From Octopus sinensis (lineage: Eukaryota), in NCBI RefSeq assembly GCF_006345805.1, contig NC_043000.1, forward strand, positions 125,984,001-126,048,000: 64,000 nt of DNA. Reading direction: 5' to 3'. Below, piece by piece: positions 50,801 through 64,000 of this stretch (the first letter of the stretch is position 1; every line of letters begins with the position of its first letter). The notes under the pieces were generated by a model. It was not told the DNA's origin. It saw nothing but the letters and a program-made list of their open reading frames with translations, and searched no databases. The position numbers and the translations under genes were made by a program.

Positions 50801-53800
50801 TACTCTTCCCCACAGCTGTATGGGGAAAATGCAGGGCCTAATGGTTAGGGTGTTAGGCTTGTAATCAGGATGTCATAGGTTCGGTTTTGAGCATAGGTTC
50901 TTTTTTTTTTTTGTCATGTCTTTGAGCAAGGTACCTAATTTTTCATTGCCCTGATTTATTAAGCTGAAACTAGTACCAGCCAAGTGCTGCTATAACCCCC
51001 ACCCACAAGCCTCATGCTGTCACATCTTTGATGCCAAGGATGAGAGGGCTAAGATGATGTCTATGCCGGCTTGCCAACAGGCTTTCACTAACAGTTTTAG
51101 GTACCTGTAGAGTTGCAAGTCATACTTTCTTGCAAGTGACACGATTTGTTTTAGGCCCAGGTCAACCCTGACTGAGTGGACTATGATCAACAGTGCACCA
51201 ACCATGACCATCTTGCCTTTTTAGAAATATATTTTTTTTAGATAATACAAAATATCATTAACACAACCATTCCTTATTTGGGTAGTGTGATTTGAGGAAG
51301 ATTTGGCTGTTGTTTCTAGCAGATCTCATGACTAAGTAATGTCTCCCTCATTGGCTTCTATCGGAATAATTTTTTTTCTCTGCTGGCATAGTCTTTTATT
51401 TTATCCTTTTTCAGTTCTAAAGCAATTGGCAGATTACCAAATTATATCTGGAACAAAATCACATGAAAGTACAAGGCCCTAATTACTTCTCTTTCATTTG
51501 TCAAACCCACAACAACATGGAAGATAGGCATTAAAATAAGATAATGAGGAGGGTGGGGGGAGAATGACTCTCATCTTTTTGTCCGTTGACCATAAAAATT
51601 TCCATAGTTTTAATCTTTTACTAGTTTCAGTTATTGGAACGAGATGCCAGGACACCACACATAAGGGTTTCATATAGTTTTATCAACCTTAATACTTTGT
51701 CTGGTGCCCATGATTAGCCCCCTAGAAAGTTGTAACTAACAATATCAATACTCACAAAATGTGATTTAGAATATATAAAAAAATAAGGGGTGTATTTCAG
51801 AGGTGAAATAACTGAAATACAGGTTATTGTAAACAAGGCACAATAGGGATGATTTAAGGATGAAATACGTATTGTATGGACTTGGACAATTCATTAGTTG
51901 GAAGAACTGGAGGCAGTAGTGGTTATTGTCCTAATAGTAGTAGTGAGAGGAGGAGGAGACAGAGGTACCTTCATAGTTTTATGAATGTAGCCTATATTGT
52001 TTAATAAACGGATTTATCTTCTCTGTATGTCCCATCTCCCACTGTTACTCAGAACCACCATAGTGTTAGTTCAGTTAGTGAAAACAAACAACATTGTATT
52101 TCTCAACTATCTCCTGATTGTTTATAAGTCTTTGAGAAAAATAAAGACCAGTACTTGTGTATGTGTGTGTGGTAAACTAGATAATAGTGTACGCATAATC
52201 AATATTCACCATTATCTTTTGTTTTTCCCTTGTTTTTCTTTTGTAAGAATTGTACTGTTAGCGTTATTGCTATTGACTAAAAAATACCTTTCTGATAATC
52301 AAATAATGTATAAGCGAGCACTCAAATTTGCAACCACTTTTTTTTTCTAATCAATTGGATACAACCTGTGCATTTCTACTACAAGTGAGTGTCAACAAAA
52401 CTGAAACAGCCTAACACTTCAACCACCAACTAATTTTCTAACACTTATTATTATCTAATAACTTTAATAGTCTATAGTCATATGGTGTAAAATTCCACCA
52501 CAGGTCATCTATATTTCATTAAAGAAATGTTTCAACTTAATTATATTTGTTTTATGTACACACTTTGATATAAGTGGTAGCTCTTTGTTTTGTTCTTCTC
52601 TGTTAAGCTTTCCAAGATAATGTACCTTTTTTCCCCAGAGGCATACAATATGTTGCTGGTAGTGGAATTACGACTCATAACCTTCTGGTTCAATTGTCTA
52701 GTGTCTTTGTTACAGAACAATTATTTTATGTATACTTCATAACATTGCTTTAATGTCCTTTTGACTCCATGAATAAAATAGTTGCATAATGTACCATGAT
52801 AGTTGTATGAAATTAAAGTTTTAGCCTTACAGCTGGAGAATTGTGAAGTTTGTGGTCCATTATTGCTGTGCTATATCCAGAATAAATGCTCTGAAATCTC
52901 CTGCTTCATCTCAGATTTGGCTGGTTGGTGCTGAGCTAGATGTATATTGATAAAGAATTGCTGTTTAATAATGTCAAAGTGATAAGATCAAATCAATACA
53001 AGGAATTATTTTACATTTTACACACATATACACACAGAGTCCTATACGCAAACACACACATATACTCAGACACCATACATACACATACAAGAATATTCCT
53101 ACATGGAAAACAATATGTCCGCAAGAAGCAGTACCATTAGGTTGTAGCAATAAATAACCCTAAATCTGAAGAAGCTGTCATTAAATGGCCTTTTATGTTC
53201 TCTTAAGTTCTTTTTATAAGTCACTAACATGGAAGAATATTTCTTCTTTAATGATTAAGTTTGTTTCCACATTGATCGCTGTTGGATAGCTGTGTGTGCG
53301 TGCATGTATGTGTGTGTGCAAGTGTGATGTCTTAGTGTCCTAAAGTAGTATAATCCTGCTGAATAGCTCTGTACGTATGGTGTTTCCACCACCTGACATT
53401 TTTTTCTGACAGTAAAAGTACTGAACAATATGCTTTTCACTATTTAGTTACAACCCAATTTATGTTCCAAGTTCAAACCCCACTGAGATCTACTTTGCCT
53501 TTCATCTATCCTGGGGATCAGTAAAATTAATTATTCAAGTACTGTGGTCTATATTATTGACAATTCTCCTGCCCCAAATTTCAGGCCTTGTGCCTACATT
53601 AAAAATTTGCATTAATACTTTACTGTAAAATGATTGGTTGTATTCTTTAACCTTTTCTAACAGAAATAACAATATAATAAATTTCTTGTAGAATCATTAT
53701 ATGTATCTATTAAGCGCATATTTAATTTCTTAACTACATAGTTATATTTAATGTAATAACTACGTGGGAAAATTTAATGACATACCATGTTTCAGACATT

Positions 53801-54693
53801 ACGAAAATAGCACATTAAAATTCAAAAATTTAAATAAAAGCTAAACTCTGCAGAAACTGGTGGTGATCTGACTCAGGAAAAAAATCATTTCTAAAATTTC
53901 TAAAATCATTTCTAAAAGGCTCTCATTGGAGAGAAAATGTTATTTTTGAAAATGTTTATGGTGGCTCTGAGAATATTTTCTATACAAACTTAACCAAATT
54001 TGACAACTTGAGTTCAATTCCACTTACTTCCTGTACAGTGTATTGTTTACATTTGGGGAAATGTTTTAAAAAATCTAAAATATTGTGTCTTGCAATACTG
54101 CTGTTGGTATCTCTACTGCTATTGCAAAAGTTCTGGTCTTCTGAAATAGCATGCTTGTTCCTCATCAATAGACTTGTCTTTCATCCTTATTTCACCAGTG
54201 TTTCCCCTCAACCACCAATTTTATGTTACCTGATTCTCAACTTCAAGAACTCTCCTTAGGGGCTCACATTTTCCCTATTACCACAAAAAAAAAACATCCA
54301 GTACATTCCATAAAGTGGTTGGCATTATGAAGAGCATCCAACTAAAATCTATGCCAAAGCAGACAGTCAAACACAATGCAGCCCTCTGGTTTGTTGGTTT
54401 CTGATGAATTGTTCAACCCATGCCAGCATGGAAAAAAGGACATTAAATGATGTTGGTGCATTATCCCTACAGAAATTCCAACTGAACATCAAAAGCATCA
54501 AACTTACTAATGAGGAAAGGGCTGCAAAGACTGTGTGACATCAGTCTATTGCCTTCAACTAAATAATTAGAAAAACAAAAATAATTTTCTTTTTTTTTTT
54601 CTTGTTGGAAGAGGGGATTCTCAGAATCTCAAGTTGTATGGATGTATGAGAACTTGAAGGTTAATTTTCCTTTTTTTTTTTATCAAATTTCAG

Positions 54694-54820
54694 ATAAGAA
54701 TGAAGCTGAAGTCGACCGAGAGACATCTCTAGTTGAACAATGGATTGGACTTACTGAAGAAAGAAACGCTGTGCTGGTCCCTGCTGCTGGAAGTGGCATA
54801 CCAGGGGCACCAGCTGACAG
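54694..54820 (+). CDS. KIF13: KIF13 coding exon 9 (DKNEAEVDRETSLVEQWIGLTEERNAVLVPAAGSGIPGAPAD)
   Basis: Acceptor aaatttcag|AT, donor AG|gtaaat, phase 1/2. Matches LVEQWVGLTEERNAVLVPAPGSGIPGAPAD. Confidence 0.96.
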
Positions 54821-55367
54821 GTAAATAATTTCATCCACATTTTTAACATCCTTTATTGACCTTTTTCCTTTATTGTTCTTGAGCGCAGGTCAGTCAGGAT
54901 CAAACAAGTCTATGATCAAAAATATTCTAGCTTTGACATTTCTGTGGGTATTTTATGGTTAGTGGTTGGCGTTAGGAAGGGCATCCAGCTGTAGAAACTC
55001 TGCCAGATCAAGATTGGTACCTGGTTCAGCCATCTGATTCGCCAGTCTTCAGTCAAATCGTCCAACCCATGCTAGCATGGAAAGCGGACGTTAAACGATG
55101 ATGATGATGATGATGATAAAGTGTGATTTGATACCGATTGGGCTGCTATTTCTAACAGTTTAACAAACATCATCATCAACCCTTGGATGTTGGATGTTAC
55201 TGTCTGAACTCCTAGGCCTCATTGGGTCAGTTACCCAATTTCCACAGTGTATGAGTGACCAAGATCACAACAATCCCTCTGAACAGGATGCTAGTCTGTC
55301 ATAGAGTTACTTATATACAGCTAAGTGGACAGGAGCAATATGAAATGAAGTGTTTTGCTCAAGCACA

Positions 55368-55665
55368 CAACCTTTAACTGCTTTTCGAGTAAGGGAATTT
55401 TCTATTCCTCTGGTCTTTCAAAGTACAGAGTGACCAGTTGTAATGTCGGAAAGGAATTTAAACATCATATCACTGTTTCATTCAGGCAGAAACAAGTGAA
55501 ACCACAGGTTGGCAATATTCACATGAGTAGACAAACATGTACATGGATTACATGTGTGTGTAGTGCAATTTAAATTAGTAAATAACCATTATTTAGACCT
55601 CCATGTGTACTCCATCTCTGAAAGAAAACATTATTGTGGTACCAGTGATGCAACACTGTCACTAA
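55368..55665 (+). repeat. ~300-bp direct repeat, copy 1 (upstream of exon 10)
   Basis: Highly similar and colinear with 57037-57349. Confidence 0.9.
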
Positions 55666-56841
55666 GTCCTGAAATCAAAACCATGATCTTCTGATCACAA
55701 GTGCAATGCCCTTACTACTAGGCCATGTGCCTTTGATGATAAACCCACAGAATATTTCTCCTTATATCAGTTTCAAATTGCAATTTATGATGGTTTTGTA
55801 ATGTATACGTAACTATATTTGTAACCATTAACTTCTATGTAAATATTTTAAATATTGTGTGTGAAATAGCTTGCAGTAACTAAAGGTTAACACACTTTTT
55901 ATTCATCTATATTCACTCTGTAAGTAAACTTCCAAGCATTTTCTATTTACAAGTTCATTACAAATATTATCATGCGCTCACTTCTCACAACATCTTAAAC
56001 CATTAAGTACTATGAAATATATATATATATATAGTGATGGTGTTTTTTCATTTTTTGTTTGTTGCTTTTTTCCCCCCCAATAATCTCTTTTATAATTCTA
56101 AGCTTTGTGTTTACTTTATATACTTAAATGTTGAAAATATGACTAGTGATACTATAAAAAATATTTACAATTTACACTATAGTTTACACTACAGTATTTT
56201 TTGACTGGTCTTGAATTTGCTATTGAGTATTTCAATTCATCTTCATATATTAGTCCACACTTTTAAATGACATTTGATTGACAATTTCATTGGTACTTAA
56301 ATCATTATGTGTTTATTCATACTTAAATAACCCAGTTGTAATTTATGGTTGTTATTTAGAAGCTGTATAGTTGTATCCTAATAAGCTTTTGAATTTCACT
56401 TCCTAATAGGAGCAACAAACACTTGTGGTTGACTGGTTTAAACACCGTACATATAAATTCATAAATAAATATTTCGACAATATTACATGAATTTTATTCA
56501 ATGTCCCTGATGAAATTTCATATTCTCAAAATGTTTGAGCAAAATTAAATTGGTGTATTGTTTAACCTCAGATCAACCTGTTTGATCAAACCTGGGATCA
56601 AAACATTCCAGCTATGACTTTTTTTTTATGTCAGGGACTACCTTGCCCAATGCATCCTTTACTGAAAATTGTAGGATGTGATTTGAAGGAAATTTGGCTG
56701 CTATTTCTAACAGGTCAATTGTTAGCCAAGTATATCCCTTGTAAGCTTTTTTCCCATTGTTATTTGCATATGTGCTAATGGAAACTTTTAAATTGAAATA
56801 CAATTTTAAATTTTTCTATGTTCTTTTCTTTTTTGTGTCAG

Positions 56842-56897
56842 TGAAACTCTTCCGGACATGGAGCAGCACGTACCTGTATTATTCCTCGATCTGAATG
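56842..56897 (+). CDS. KIF13: KIF13 coding exon 10, 56 nt (SETLPDMEQHVPVLFLDLN)
   Basis: Acceptor ttttgtgtcag|T, donor G|gtaagt, phase 2/1 fits both neighbours. Matches METHIPVLFLDLN. Confidence 0.93.
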
Positions 56898-57036
56898 GTA
56901 AGTATTTAGAAATAAAAAAATACTTGTTACTCATTCGTTTATTTGTTTGTCTTTTTGTCTACTTTTTTCATGTTAGCATGGATTAGAAAAGAACTTATTT
57001 GGGGCAGAATTTTATAGTCTGATATTCTTCCTGTTG

Positions 57037-57349
57037 TCAACTTTTAACTGTTTTTCAAGTAAGGGAATTTTCTATTCCTCTGTTCTTTCAAAGTACAGAG
57101 TGACCAGTTGTAATGTCAGAAAGGAATGTAAACATATCACTGTTTCATTCAGGCAGAAACAAGTGAAACCACAGGTTGGCAATATTCACATGTGTATACA
57201 CACATGTACATGGATTACATGTGTGTGTAATATGTGTGTATAGTGCAATTTAAATTGCATACCAAATAACCATTATTTAGACCTGCATGTGTACTCCATC
57301 TCTGAAAGAAAACATTATTGTGGTACCAGTGATGCAACACTATCACTAA
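57037..57349 (+). repeat. ~300-bp direct repeat, copy 2 (140 bp downstream of exon 10)
   Basis: agtaagggaattttctattcctctg...gtggtaccagtgatgcaacact.tcactaa is shared with copy 1. Confidence 0.9.
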
Positions 57350-57601
57350 TCCACTATGTATACATAAAATGACAATTCAAAGTTACAGATCTCTGAAGAT
57401 TTGATAGTGCAGTTGGATTATACAATTTACACTATACAATTAATGATCATTCTTTGTTCATGAAATGGATGACAACACAGTGCAATAAAATATTTTTTAT
57501 GAACAAATTCTGTTGTTTTATATATATGTGTGTGTGTTTTCCATCTAACTCATGCCAGTATGGAAAGCGGACATTAAATGATGATGATGTGTATGTGTGT
57601 A

Positions 57602-57821
57602 TATGAAGGGTGCTGGAAAGTTCCTGGTTTTGGGTAAAAGAAAACACAGAAAGATCAGTTTATTATGATTTTATTCAACATATTCTTCTCTCAGTTTCAT
57701 ACACTTATTGCAGCAGTCCTTCAATTTTACTAAGCCCTGTAAAAGAACTTGGAAGATTGGGCCTCCAAGCAGGTCTTTCATGATACCCTTAAAGGCAGAA
57801 ACTTTTCAGTACTCCCTCATA
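57602..57821. mobile_element. Mariner-type MITE, ~28-bp TIRs, TA target
   Basis: Left tatgaagggtgctggaaagttcctggtt; right aggcagaaacttttcagtactccctcata. A second copy is at 60509-60729. Confidence 0.8.
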
Positions 57822-58733
57822 TATTCATATATGTATAGTTTCCATTCTGTCTATCAAATTGATCATTTACAAAGCATTGGTTGGCCCAGCTCTGTAGTAG
57901 AAGAAACTAGCCCATAGTGCTATGCAATGGAATTATATATTTCTTTGAAATATTATATATATGAGTGAATGTTGTTAGAAAACCCATGACCTGATGTTTG
58001 GGTTATAAATGTATTCCAATATTATAATGTTCAATACATCATGAACATCAAAAATGACATGAGCTAATAGTTTTTGTTACAATTTAATACATTAGAAAGC
58101 GCCATTAGCTAGTTTGCTTAATTTAAATTTTTTTTATTCCTCTATTTTATATATATATATTTTAAGCTTCCATATTTTAGTTATCTCAGCAGAGCCCTAA
58201 GTGAAGAAATCAGTTTAAAATTGGAAATAAAATTGGCTTTGATTGCAGCTGTGCTACAAATTCATTGATTTGCAGTTTGAGTCTATTAAGGAGTTGGAGT
58301 TTAAAGTGCCATAGAAACCTCCTACTGTGTCAATTAATTTTACTTTTCTTTTTTACTTTTGAAGTGTGGGGGTGTTTTTAATTTCAACTACGAAGACTTA
58401 TTGCTTATGGATTACATTTTCCTTTTTTTTTCTTTTACTTTCCTGTGTTGGGTTCGCTCAGTTGATCTCATTATTTTTCAGTGAAGAATCTTTATACATC
58501 ACCAACATAATATGATATCTTATTAATAGTTATGATGACAAGAAACAGGGTTATGTGTGTTTTGTATGTGTTGAATATTCAGCAAATAATCACATTGAAT
58601 AAATCAATTTTGGACATATGTTGGCATATTTCTGAGATCACTGTCAATTAATCTAGTTGATGTGGTGTTAAAACGCTTGTTTATCTCATTTGTCTCATTA
58701 ATTCTGTAATGGTATTTTTTTCTGTAATTCCAG

Positions 58734-58861
58734 CTGATGATATGAGCACACCTAGTGCCAAGGAAGGCTTACAAGCTGCTGGAATCAACTCCATTCTCCC
58801 CAAAGAACATGGGGCGAAATTTTACAGTTTACCAATCATTAAGACATATGGAGAAAAAGAT
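58734..58861 (+). CDS. KIF13: KIF13 coding exon 11 (ADDMSTPSAKEGLQAAGINSILPKEHGAKFYSLPIIKTYGEKD)
   Basis: Acceptor gtaattccag|CT, donor GAT|gtgagt, phase 1/0. Matches ADDLS...GVNSILPKEHG..F..LPIIK. Confidence 0.95.
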
Positions 58862-59520
58862 GTGAGTATTTTATACTTAATGCTATTAACGAATAAAAAA
58901 GATTTATGTGTTTGAGACATTAGTGAAATAAAAGCAAATGGGCAAATAAGTTTAATGGGAAAAAGAACAGGACACATCTAATATGTGTCAATTATTGGAA
59001 CAGCTTTTATATATTGCTTTAAAACTTCATGGCAGATTATTGCATCATAATTTTTTTCTCTTTCATTCTTTTTTACCTTGCTGGCATAGGTTTGATAGAT
59101 CTGCAATATAACTTACATTATGTTTTAAACCTTTTCCTTCACCTCTGTAAAGCACAATAATTTCATGTGCGATGAAATGATTATTTTCCAAAACTTCCAT
59201 GGTCTACATGTATTTGAGGTGCTTTTCTCCTACTTGTTTGCATTTTTATGCAATAGTAGCACTGTATCTTCTTTATACTATCCATACATGCATTGGTGAC
59301 ATGGTGAACATATCCACTCTTTTCAGTCATCATGGTTTGAAAGAAGTGGAGCATCCAGCCACAGGAATACTGCTATATAAAAAGAGAAAAACAAAATTAC
59401 ACAATACAATTGAAATTCTTATGTTTCAATATAATTGATCTGTTAATTGTATGATATAGCAGAAATATTGTCCATCCAATATCAGTGTATGATACTGTTT
59501 GAAAATAGAAGAGTAGTTTA

Positions 59521-59925
59521 AGGCAGCAAGCTGGCAAAAATGTTAGCACGCCGGGCAAAATGCTTAGCGGTATTTCGTCTGAGTTCAAATTCCACCGAGG
59601 TTGACTTTGCCTTTCATCCTTTTAGGGTTGATTAAATAAGTACCAGTTATGCACTGGGGTCGATATAACTGACTTAATCCATTTGACTGTCCTTGTTTGT
59701 CCTCTCTGTGTTTAGCCCCTTGTGGGTAGTAAAGAAACAGGTATTTCGTCTGCCGTTACCTTCTGAGTTCAAATTCTGCCGAGGTCAACTTTGCTTTTCA
59801 TTCTTTCGGGGTCGATTAAATAAGTACCAGTTACGCACTGGGGTTGACATAATCGACTTAATGCATTTGTCTGTCCTTGTTTGTCCCCTCTGTATGTAGC
59901 CCCTTGTGGGCAGTAAAGAAATAAG
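59521..59925 (+). mobile_element. SINE family A copy with an internal tandem duplication of the body
   Basis: Body ggtatttcgtctg...gcccttgtggg.agtaaagaaa occurs twice (about 59570-59740 and 59740-59925). TSD-like agaagagtagtt / agaagcgtagtt. Confidence 0.75.
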
Positions 59926-60508
59926 AAGCGTAGTTAAATCTAGATCACTGCAGCGATATATATTGTGATTGTACTTTAAATTTAAATAATAATATTCATA
60001 TCAGGAGATTAAGAAGATTCCCAGCAGTAAATATCGTGAAATAATTTGAATTTAATTAATGACCAAGTAGGAATAAATTCGCCATCATATAAATAAGATT
60101 TTACTTTGTTGAATAAAATTAATTAAATCTTGAGATTGAACAAAAATGTATTAACATATGTCAAGAATAGAGACTGTTTTCTTGGTTTTAGTTTGGCAAT
60201 CCCTGAATTTCTAATACATTCCCAATCTTATAGTGTCAGTAAGTTTTGATAGAGTGTAGGAAATCTCTTATGTATACAAAAATGTGTACGTGTGAGAGAA
60301 AGAAACAGACAATGTATGTGAGGACGTGTAGAGTATGCACACAGAATTGCCTGAAAGTTAATTTTATTAACTAGTGAATGAAACATTTTTCAGCCACTGG
60401 TCTGATTGTGAGCAAGGGAGTGAGGACAACATTTTTATAATTTATAATATTGTAAGAAAATACTTTTGATTTAAGGTGTTATATAAGGTAAAATAAAGTT
60501 TAGGCTTG

Positions 60509-60729
60509 TACAAGGGGCTGTTGAAAAGTTCCTGGCTTTGGATAAAAGAAAATACGGGAGGATCAATTAATTGTGATTTCATTCAACATATTCCCCTCAG
60601 ATTCATACACTCATTGCAGCAGTCCTTCATTTTTTTCTATGCCCTGTTACAGAACTCTGAAGGTTGGGCCACCAACCAGACCTTTTACAATACCCTTAAA
60701 GCCAAGAATTTTTCAGCACCTGCCTTGTA
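60509..60729. mobile_element. Mariner-type MITE, second copy
   Basis: Left tacaaggggctgttgaaaagttcctggct; right agccaagaatttttcagcacctgccttgta. Body homologous to 57602-57821. Confidence 0.8.
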
Positions 60730-61011
60730 CTACCCTTTGCTAAATCTAATAAACAATTTTGCACTCTGATTTCATCCATCAGTACCTTTTTTTTTATACT
60801 TAGGATATTTGTATGTAGGTTAATATTTTTCTTATATATAAAACAGAATTAAGTGTAATTTTTTTTTTTTTTAGAAAATAAGGTTCGGGCTTGTACTGCC
60901 TTTTATAAAACAGTTTTGTACTACGATTTTATTCATCTGCAGCTTCATTCATTTCGTTTTTGATTTCTTCTTGTACCTTCAATGATTTCTTCTTTTTCTT
61001 TTTAAATTCAG

Positions 61012-61236
61012 ATTTGTGCAATTGCATCTTGGGATTCCTCCATCCACGATTCGCAATATTTAAACAGAGTGACACCTTCAAATGAGCGTGTCTACTTAAT
61101 TTTGAAAGCAATTGTCAGACTAAGTCACCCAGCTTCAATGGAGCTGGTTTTGCGCAAAAGACTTTGCATTAACATATACAAGAAACAAGGACTAACAAGT
61201 ATCACAGACAAGCTTAAGAAAAGGATCACAAGATCT
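61012..61236 (+). CDS. KIF13: KIF13 coding exon 12 (ICAIASWDSSIHDSQYLNRVTPSNERVYLILKAIVRLSHPASMELVLRKRLCINIYKKQGLTSITDKLKKRITRS); gene continues beyond window
   Basis: Acceptor tttaaattcag|ATT. Matches ASWDSSVHDS..LNRVTP.NER.YLI...LSHPA.MELVLRKR. The donor TCT|gtacga is weak, so the 3' end is less certain. Confidence 0.92.
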
Positions 61237-62157
61237 GTACGACTTCTCTTCTGATATTTTGTCTCTTCTAGTCTATATACAGGGTGTCCATATATTACCT
61301 TTACAAATCAGAAAAAAATAGGAAAATAAGGATAATTCAGCAGAATTTATTAGAAAACAAATGAAACTAGAACACTTCCATGTGGGTTTCATTGGTTGCA
61401 AAGATGTTGATTGATAAATCTCAACTTTAATACATACAATAAATTGTGGGAGTTGTAAAGATAATTTATGAACACCCTGTATATATACATATATATATAT
61501 ATGAATCAGTGTGTGTGTATTTGTATGTGTGTATGTGTGATGCACATATATCTATATGTATATTTGTGTTTATTTACATGTGTCTCTCTATGTGTATGTA
61601 TGTATATATATTTATATGATTTTTATTTATTTTTGGTACAAAGTGTGATTACAGATGTAGAGTCTGATATGTATAAGGTAAATGGTTTTTTTCTGTCCAA
61701 TCCTCTGATGTATACAGTTGACCGATGACAGGCTGATTGAGTAATACCATGATCTGGGAATGTAATTACTGTTTACTTTACACAAAAACACACACACACA
61801 CACACATTGTATATCTACTTTTTTTCTCAGTTAATTTTGTTTTCATATAGTCACACACATTTCCTTTCTTTACTTCTCTTCTCGTAACTGTTGTATCTTT
61901 TATCTTTTACTTGTTTCAGTCATTAGAGTGAGGCCATGCTAGGGCACTGCCTTGAAGAATTTCCAATCGAAGGAATTCACCCTGGCACTTATTTTTTTTT
62001 TTAAGCCCGGTACTTATTCTATCGGCCCCTTTTGCCAAACTGCTAAGTTACAGGGGCATAAATAAACCAGCACTGGTTGTCAAGCAGTTTTTGGGAACAA
62101 GCACAGATACAAAAACATGCGCACATACACACACACACACACATGTGTATGTGTGTG

Positions 62158-62462
62158 TTTGTTTGTTCTTTCTCGAGCCATGCCTGGTTCATAAGAGCCG
62201 GTTTCCCTGGTTTCCTTGGCATATAGGTTCCCCACCTGGACAGGACACTGGTCCATCGCAAGTGAGCTGCAAGATGCAGGAGGAAAGAGTGAGAGAAAGT
62301 TGTGGCGAAAGAGTCAGCAGAAGTTCACCGTTACCTTCTGCCAGAGCTGCGTGGTGCCTAGGTGTTTCGCTCATAAACACACACATCACCCAGTTTGAGA
62401 TTCAAACCTGCGATCCCCGACCGCTGGTCCGCTGCTCTAACCACTAGGCCATGTGCCTCCAC
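62158..62462 (-). mobile_element. tRNA-headed SINE family D
   Basis: Minus strand starts gaggcacatggcctagtggttagagcagcggac...ggtttgaatc (A/B boxes), body gcgatggaccagtgtcctgtccaggtgggg, tail aacaaacaaac. Confidence 0.7.
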
Positions 62463-62985
62463 ACACACACACACACACACATATAAACAATAAGCTTCTT
62501 TCAGTTTCCATCTACTAAATCCACTCACAAGGCTTTGGTCAACCCGAGGCTACAGTAGAAGATATTTGTTCAAGGTGCCACACAGTGAGACTGAACCCAG
62601 GACCACGTGGTTAGGAAGCAAGCTTCTTGCCACACCTGCACCTGTAGGTGTTTTGCTGAGTCAAGAGTCAGAGTACTTAGAAGGTGTTTGTGTCTACTTG
62701 TGACTACAAAGGTGCCCGAAACAATTCACAAAAGCATGGTTCATACTACCCTAAGCTAACCCCAAGTTACCCTCAATTCCAAATGATGACCTTAACAGTT
62801 TATCTATACATCTATCCGTGTGTGTGTCTGTAAAGTGTTTTTTGAAGAAATATTTTAAAAATTGTGTATATTCACTTCAGTTTTGAAACGTTCACCTTCC
62901 TTTGTCAATAACAAATTTCACCATCAGTTGCTTATCATGAATGGTCTTTGAACTAAATTTCATTTTGCTGGATTTCATTTTCTTT

Positions 62986-63021
<36 letters not shown>

Positions 63022-64000
63022 TTCATTTATTCATTTCATATGTTTTTCTTCTTTTACATAGAAAACTTTGAAAATTTTCTCGTTTCCTCTATCTCAATAT
63101 ATTTATTGATTTATGTATCTCACACTGTTAATCTATGTATTTCCTTCTCTTCCATATATATATATATCATCATCATTGTTTAACATATATATATATATAT
63201 ATATACACACACATACATACATACACATGCATACACACATGCACATATACACACTCATACACATAAGCATACATGGGAGAAAATATATGTAAATATAAAC
63301 ACACACACTTATACAAACATGCACACAAACACATACAAGCAAACACACACATACATACACACACCACTCTTTGTCTCTTAAACACATTTCCCTTCCATTT
63401 TCTATTCCCTTCAAATTTTCCTTGTTTCTTTCAATCTTCTTTCCTTTTTTTTCTTTTCTTTCTTTCTCCCTCTCTCTCTCTCTCTCTCTCTCCTCCTCCT
63501 CCTCTCCTCCCTTTTCACTTCTTTCAACGCTCCTTTCTTCTTCTGTTCCTTCTTTTGGCTACCAAACAAATTAACCCAACTCTGGAAAATTGAATTCATT
63601 GCTGCTGCCTTTGAATCTCCATGTTAATTCTTTTATTTCCTTATTATTATTATTATTATCATTATTATTATTACTTTCATTTATCTTTTATCCAGTGGAT
63701 CACTTCCTGTTTACTTGTTACAGTAACCATATCTTGATTTGATTGGATTTCATTTCTTTTCTTACTTTTTGTTATTATTTTTATTTTTACTTTTTCTTTA
63801 CATCATCTAAGATTTCATCTTTCTTACATTTTTATATTTTTATTTTTCGTTTCATTATTTACATCTAGCTATCCATAGAATGATTTGATTATTTGTTTTA
63901 TCGGCATCTTTCTTCTAAGATTCTGTCCATTTCCTTATATCTTTTCCCTTTCTTTGATAAATCATATTTTATGACATTGCATTTTCTTCTCTTCTCCTTG

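Noticed and set aside
56572-56620. cag|ATCAACC... reading STCLIKPGIKTFQL, faintly like PPGMETH; possible mutually exclusive twin of exon 10
   Set aside because: In-frame TGA, no donor, and similarity too low
62745-62785. ccctaagctaaccccaagttaccctc, telomere-like; also tagggtttagggg at ~35083
   Set aside because: Too few and too degenerate units to call interstitial telomeric repeats

Overview
Eukaryotic, AT-rich and microsatellite-dense genomic DNA. The repeat landscape (tRNA-headed SINEs, RTE-LINE 3' ends with (GAT)n tails, TTAA-flanked MITEs, long (TA)n/(CA)n/(ATT)n runs) points to an octopus genome; this is inference from repeat style, not a database result. The whole window lies inside one + strand gene for a kinesin-3 motor of the KIF13A/KIF13B (Khc-73) type. 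Twelve consecutive stalk-region coding exons (11410-61236, 1864 nt, about 621 codons) were assembled by hand with GT-AG sites and consistent phases. The motor/FHA part lies upstream and the C-terminal part downstream of the window. Nearly all ORFs in the supplied track are microsatellite or repeat artefacts. Most notable unexplained intronic structure: (1) two adjacent long foldbacks at 18.3-19.0 kb; (2) a ~560-bp element inserted only into (ATT)n runs, with a Dong/R4-type LINE fragment also sitting in a (TAA)n run; (3) a GC3-rich, coding-like ~214-bp tandem repeat at 35 kb; (4) a ~300-bp direct repeat bracketing the smallest exon; (5) in-frame candidate microexons and alternative donors; (6) RFX X-box-like motifs in unique intronic islands. 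No novel system can be proven from sequence alone.
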